From positions 64,001 to 128,000 of the forward strand of contig JBDRCO010000068.1 of the NCBI GenBank assembly GCA_043821645.1: a DNA stretch of 64,000 nucleotides, written 5' to 3'. Of the stretch, positions 59,342 to 64,000 are shown piece by piece (the first letter of the stretch is position 1; each line of letters opens with the position of its first letter). The position numbers and the translations under genes were made by a program. The notes under the pieces were generated by a model. It was not told the origin of the DNA and did not search any database. It saw nothing but the letters and a program-made list of their open reading frames with translations. This stretch comes from Pseudomonadota bacterium (lineage in GTDB: Bacteria; Myxococcota; JACRCW01; JAFGSX01).

Positions 59342-61099
59342 ATGACCCGCATCGCTCCCCGCCCGACCAGCACCATGACCACGGGACGTGTGGACGGATC
59401 GGATGGCACGAACATCCCCACCGTGACGACGAACGACGCTTCTGCTTCCACCAGCACAGGCCACAACACCGACCTGCCCTCGGACACCAGCGCCGCGCTC
59501 CACACCGTCGGCGCCGAGCGCCACCTGCCGCAGCGCGACGACGCCCGCACCCGCGAGGTGCTCAAGACCTTCTTCGCGCCCTACGACGAGCCCATCAAGC
59601 AGGACCTGGCCATGATCCAGGAGGTGGTCGAGGCCCGGCGCACGGACCCGCGGCAGTTCGCCGACGGCGACAACCCGTACAGCATCAAGTACGCGGTCTA
59701 CAACCTGCGCAGCCCCGAGGTCATCGAGGCGCTCAAGCAGGCGCACCAGTCCGGGGTCGACGTGCAGGTGCTCATCGAGGATGCCCAGCTCGACCCGGCC
59801 AAGGACTTCAACACCGCCGACGAGCAGCTCATCGCCGCCGGCTTCGAGTTCTCGCCCACCCACAAGGGACTGAGCCCGCAGCAGCGCAAGGAACTGGACC
59901 TCATCGGCATCGAGGGCGCGGGCCTGATGCACCTGAAGACCCGCATCTTCAGCCGCCCGGACCCGGCCGGCGGCGTACCCATCGAGAAGGTGCTCACGGG
60001 TTCGTTCAACCCCGGCGACGCCGCGCCTTTTAACAACGAAACCCTGCACCTGATCAGCGACCCGCAGCTGGTCGGCCGCTACAAGGCCAAGGTCCAGGCC
60101 GTGCTCGAGGGTCGCGAGATCGCCAACGAATTCAATGATAACGCCGCGGTCAACGTGCTGTTCACGCCCACCTCGCAGGGCCCGCAGCCCGCGGACAAGA
60201 TCCTCGAGCTCGTCGACAAGGAGCGCGAAGCCATCTTCATGAGCGTGTTCTCGCTGCGCAACATCACCAGCAAGAAGAGCCGCGAGGGCCTGATCGACAA
60301 GCTCAAGAAGGCCAAGGCGCGCGGCGTCGAGGTGGTCATCGTCACCGACCGCAAGCAATCCGACGGTGTCGACGCCAGCGGCAACAAGATCGGCTGGGAC
60401 GACCCCACCGAGGACCTGCTCAAGGCCGCCGGCATCCCGGTGTACGAGTGCACCAACACCGCAGGGCCGTACAACGCCATGCACAACAAGTCGGCCATCT
60501 TCGGCCTGACCGACATGAAGGTCGTCACCGACTGCGGCAACTGGACCACCGCGGCCCTCGGCAGTTCAAAGAAGAAGGCCGTCAACGACGAGAGTTATCT
60601 GTTCATTGATTCTGGCAAGCTCGACGACAACGCCACCGGACGCCGCTACCTGAGCAACTTTCTCAACCTGCTCAGGACCTACGAGTCGCAGCAGACCGAT
60701 GCGCCCGGCGCTCGCGAGCTGGTCAACCGCTTCACGGAGTTGCCTGGCTGGCCCCAGGTCAAGGTGGACTTCGACGTCATGGCCAAGACCTACATGGGCC
60801 AGGATGTTTACATCACGGGTGACCACGAGGCCCTGGGCACCTGGACCGAGAAGGGACCTGGCCTCAAGCTCAACACCTCAGGTGGCACCTACCCGCTGTG
60901 GTCCACCGACACCGGCATCGAGCTGCCCTTTGGCCTGGCGCTCGAGTACAAGGTGGTTAAGCGCAATGCCGACAGCGGCGAGCTGGAATGGGACGGGGGC
61001 AACAACCAGCTGCTGGTCGTGGACTCCGGCGACATTCGTGGTGACGTCGACCAGAAGAGCTCGGCGCAGCGCGTGCACGATTCCTTCCGCGGCCGCTGA
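59342..61099 (+). CDS. Phospholipase D-superfamily protein (two HxK motifs) with C-terminal CBM20-like domain
   Basis: MHLK..TGSFN and MHNK..GNWT; GQDVYITGDHEALGTW..YPLW..LEYKVV..W.GGNN. Confidence 0.85.
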   Translation: MTRIAPRPTSTMTTGRVDGSDGTNIPTVTTNDASASTSTGHNTDLPSDTSAALHTVGAERHLPQRDDARTREVLKTFFAPYDEPIKQDLAMIQEVVEARRTDPRQFADGDNPYSIKYAVYNLRSPEVIEALKQAHQSGVDVQVLIEDAQLDPAKDFNTADEQLIAAGFEFSPTHKGLSPQQRKELDLIGIEGAGLMHLKTRIFSRPDPAGGVPIEKVLTGSFNPGDAAPFNNETLHLISDPQLVGRYKAKVQAVLEGREIANEFNDNAAVNVLFTPTSQGPQPADKILELVDKEREAIFMSVFSLRNITSKKSREGLIDKLKKAKARGVEVVIVTDRKQSDGVDASGNKIGWDDPTEDLLKAAGIPVYECTNTAGPYNAMHNKSAIFGLTDMKVVTDCGNWTTAALGSSKKKAVNDESYLFIDSGKLDDNATGRRYLSNFLNLLRTYESQQTDAPGARELVNRFTELPGWPQVKVDFDVMAKTYMGQDVYITGDHEALGTWTEKGPGLKLNTSGGTYPLWSTDTGIELPFGLALEYKVVKRNADSGELEWDGGNNQLLVVDSGDIRGDVDQKSSAQRVHDSFRGR

Positions 61100-61112
61100 G
61101 AGCGGCACCAGC

Positions 61113-62831
61113 GTGCGATCGTCCCTCATCTGCGTCGCAAGCCTGTGGATCCTGGTGGCCTGTGATCCTGTCCAGGGACCCGGCGATGCGGGCCTGCCAG
61201 CGCGAGATCGGCAGGGACCTGTCGACGCTGCCCTCGTCGACGCGGCGGTGCTCGATGCCGTCGGGCTGGACCTTCTCGCACGGGATGGCGCCGGGTCGGA
61301 CCGCGTGGCCCGCGATGTTCGTGTCAACGACAGTGCGTCCTTCGATGCGGCGCTGGCGGATGTGCGGCGGGCGGACGCGACCACCGTGGACGTTTCCGCG
61401 CTGGACCGTGCACCGCGCGACAGCGCACTGTCTGACGTCGCAGTGGCTGCGGATCGGGCGGCTGTCGACGGGCAGGGGGCCGATCGCGCGCAGGATGCGG
61501 GTGCGGATTCCGGTGTTCTCGACGCCACGGGCGGCAGCGATGGGGTGGTGGGGCAGGACCTGGTGGTGGCTGCCGATGCCGCGCTGGGCTGGCCCTTCGA
61601 TGCGTCTCTGCCCGCGGCCTGTGCCAGCCTCGACGTCGACACCACGGGCTCGGCCTGGAATGGCTGGGGCAACTACCAGTGGCCCGACCCGCTGCTCGAC
61701 CCCGGCGGCCTCAGCGTCGAGGTGAACGAGACCACGGATTTCGCCTATGGCCAGGTCTATCAGCAGGGCGTCACCGAGGCTGTGGGGCAGGCCTCCGGGT
61801 GGCAGGCCGAGCTCCTGGTGGGCCCCTGGGGTACGCGCCCCGACCAGGATGGACAATGCTGGCAAAGCTGGCCGGGTACCTTTTACGCCGACCGCGGCAA
61901 CAATGACGAGTACCGCGGCGCGCTCAGTCTGGATGCGCCGGGCCTGTACGGTCTGTTCTGGCGCTATCGCCCCGCCGGTGGGCGCTGGCTCTACGGAGAC
62001 CGGGACCCGGGCTCGAGCGACGGTCTGCAGGTCGAGCAGGCCGCTCTGCTCGAGGTTCACGGCGCGAGGGACGGCCGGTTGGTGGTCGCGACCCTCAACC
62101 TGCGTTGCCGGGTGGACAGCTGGGCTGCGCGTCGGCCGCTGGTCGTGGATGCCCTGGCACGCGTGGATGCGGACCTGGTGGCCTTCGAGGAAGACTGCGC
62201 GGAGAGTGGCGGCTTTCCCCAGAGCCAGGAGATCCTCGAACTGCTCGCGCGGCGCAGCGGTCGCGGCTATCAGATCGTGCGCGCGGCCACCCATACCGCT
62301 TCCTACACCGAGGGCGACTTTTCCGAAGGCATCAGCGTGCTCAGCGCTCACGCCGTGATCGCGAGCCACGTCCTCGACTTGCCGCCCACTCCCGTGGTGC
62401 CTCCCGCCAATTTCCCGCGCAAGGCTGTGGCCGTCGATGTGATGGTGGCGGGCCACGGCATCCGCTTCTACGCGACCCACCTGGAGTTCGGTGCCAACAA
62501 CCAGACCACGCGCCAGGGCCAGGCTGCGGCCATCCTGGCGGACCTGCCGGGCAGCGGATCCGTCTTCGTGGGTGGAGACTTCAATGCCACCCCCGACGAG
62601 CCCGCGCTGGTGACCCTGCGTGGCGCCCTGGCGGACCTGTGGCAGCGTGCCAACCCTTCGGATCCGGGCCTGACCATGCCGGCTGCGGTGCCGACCCGAC
62701 GCATCGACTACCTGATGTCCCGCAGTCCGTGCGTGGGCGCCCTGCAAGGCGCACGGCTGCTCGACGAGCACAGCGGCTCGACCTGGCTCAGCGACCACCG
62801 GGGGGTCGCGGCCACCTGCACCTGGCCCTGA
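61113..62831 (+). CDS. Endonuclease/exonuclease/phosphatase (EEP) lipoprotein
   Basis: Lipobox LVAC; Asp/Ala-rich linker; TLNL, ATHL, GGDFNA, RIDY, SDH. Confidence 0.85.
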   Translation: MRSSLICVASLWILVACDPVQGPGDAGLPARDRQGPVDAALVDAAVLDAVGLDLLARDGAGSDRVARDVRVNDSASFDAALADVRRADATTVDVSALDRAPRDSALSDVAVAADRAAVDGQGADRAQDAGADSGVLDATGGSDGVVGQDLVVAADAALGWPFDASLPAACASLDVDTTGSAWNGWGNYQWPDPLLDPGGLSVEVNETTDFAYGQVYQQGVTEAVGQASGWQAELLVGPWGTRPDQDGQCWQSWPGTFYADRGNNDEYRGALSLDAPGLYGLFWRYRPAGGRWLYGDRDPGSSDGLQVEQAALLEVHGARDGRLVVATLNLRCRVDSWAARRPLVVDALARVDADLVAFEEDCAESGGFPQSQEILELLARRSGRGYQIVRAATHTASYTEGDFSEGISVLSAHAVIASHVLDLPPTPVVPPANFPRKAVAVDVMVAGHGIRFYATHLEFGANNQTTRQGQAAAILADLPGSGSVFVGGDFNATPDEPALVTLRGALADLWQRANPSDPGLTMPAAVPTRRIDYLMSRSPCVGALQGARLLDEHSGSTWLSDHRGVAATCTWP

Positions 62832-62874
62832 GTCTTGCCCAAATACCTGAGGCGGCTGATACATTGAGATCGAG

Positions 62875-63822
62875 ATGACGAACATCCGCAGAACCGGCAA
62901 CAAGGTATCGAGTTCGGGATCCGCGGATCTTCACAACCTGCGTCGTGTCATCGACACCCACAAGCCCAGCACCACCACGGGACCGAACGCCACCTCGTCT
63001 CCGGACAGCTTTGGCAACAAGCCGGCGGCTCTGCCCACCACCAGCCTCGACGCGTCCACCAGCAACGGCAGACCTGGAGGCGTGGTGACGACCCGCGCCG
63101 GTCACCAGGCCACGGGCCGGGACGCCGTGGTCTTCGAGCTGGACGCCCTTCGCGCCAAGCTCGCCCTCGCCATCCAGGCGCTGCCCGATCAGGGCGCGGC
63201 GGCAGGGCAGGCAGCTCTGGACACATCGGCGGCCCGTGTGCTCGAGGCCCTGGATGGCGGCCGCATCAGCATCGACGAGGCGCGCCGGGCAGCGCACATG
63301 CTGTCCGAGATGACAGGCGCCCTGCTGGCCATCGAGCAGGGACACTGCACCGTGACGCCCTTCCTCGTCCCGGACCAGCAGGGCGTGGTCTCCTTTGACG
63401 TGCACACCGCAGACAACGATGTGCTGCGTGTGTCCGCGCGCCTCGAAGGTTCGGCGGCGGGCCAGGCGCGGCTCAAGTTCTACAACGTCATGGATGACGG
63501 GAACCAGGTCAGGCCCGAGGACAAGATGATGATGCGCTTCGACCTCGAGGGCTCGGAGCTGGAGGACGCGCCCCTGCACACGGCCATCGACGTCCAGCTC
63601 GGGCACGAGAAGGGCGAACTCGGTGTCGACAGGCTGAACAAGAAGATCCACGGCATCCTCCTCGACGAGGCCGGCCAGCCCGTGCTCAACCGCCTGGGCA
63701 ACACCGTCCCCGACCACCATTTTGGCAACGTGCCGGACAGTCTGAATGACAGGGCGAGCTTCAAGGCCTTTGTCCAGGTCCTCATTGAACAGCTGCGCAT
63801 CCAGGCCGGGGACCCGTCGTGA
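62875..63822 (+). CDS. Hypothetical protein with Ser/Thr-rich N-terminus
   Basis: 315-aa ORF with coding-like codon usage; no recognised domain. Confidence 0.75.
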   Translation: MTNIRRTGNKVSSSGSADLHNLRRVIDTHKPSTTTGPNATSSPDSFGNKPAALPTTSLDASTSNGRPGGVVTTRAGHQATGRDAVVFELDALRAKLALAIQALPDQGAAAGQAALDTSAARVLEALDGGRISIDEARRAAHMLSEMTGALLAIEQGHCTVTPFLVPDQQGVVSFDVHTADNDVLRVSARLEGSAAGQARLKFYNVMDDGNQVRPEDKMMMRFDLEGSELEDAPLHTAIDVQLGHEKGELGVDRLNKKIHGILLDEAGQPVLNRLGNTVPDHHFGNVPDSLNDRASFKAFVQVLIEQLRIQAGDPS

Positions 63823-64000
63823 ACTCCCTGCGCGCCGTCGTGCGGGTGAGCCCGGATGGGTCGACCCAGGTCGTGCACGTGCAGGCGGATCCCCTGCTGG
63901 CTCCCATGGCCGCACATCTGGTGCAGCGCGCCCAGCAGCAGGCGAGGGCCGAGCTGATGACCGCGGGCGTGTACCGCCTCGAGATCAGCGGTGACGCGCA

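Noticed and set aside
63823-64000. Possible gene start near 63957 (MTAGVYRLEISGD)
   Set aside because: Too little sequence before the window edge to support a call.

Overview
High-GC bacterial chromosome segment. Gene families (eukaryote-like Ser/Thr kinases, PEGA, RCC1-repeat, MYXO-CTERM-like and HmuY-like proteins) suggest a Myxococcota/deltaproteobacterial origin (inference). 1-24.4 kb is mostly housekeeping: rpsO-pnp, a LolCDE/MacAB-type ABC system, ftsY, zapA-6S RNA-rny-pfkA, coaE, rpiB-glyA-dCMP deaminase-truncated nrdR-ribD. 24.4-33.8 kb is the most unusual block: two sigma54 promoters with matching upstream-site spacing drive a pentaheme cytochrome c3/HybA/NrfD-type redox complex with no catalytic subunit, three GcvH-like proteins that lack the lipoyl lysine, a histidine kinase with periplasmic heme-c motifs, an NtrC-type activator and an archaemetzincin. 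Next come thiC, a Crp + kinase pair, an ECF sigma/anti-sigma pair with back-to-back promoters, MMPL, GDPD, a small Gly/Met-rich protein, heme biosynthesis (hemE-hemN-hemH-hemY plus two hemA paralogs), an HmuY-like/metalloprotease pair, and several signal-peptide-less effector-like proteins (PG-binding C39-like peptidase, PLD-CBM20). A roughly 330-nt nested RNA structure lies upstream of rny. No rRNA, tRNA, CRISPR array or transposase was recognised. All calls come from reading motifs by eye; no database search or folding program was run.
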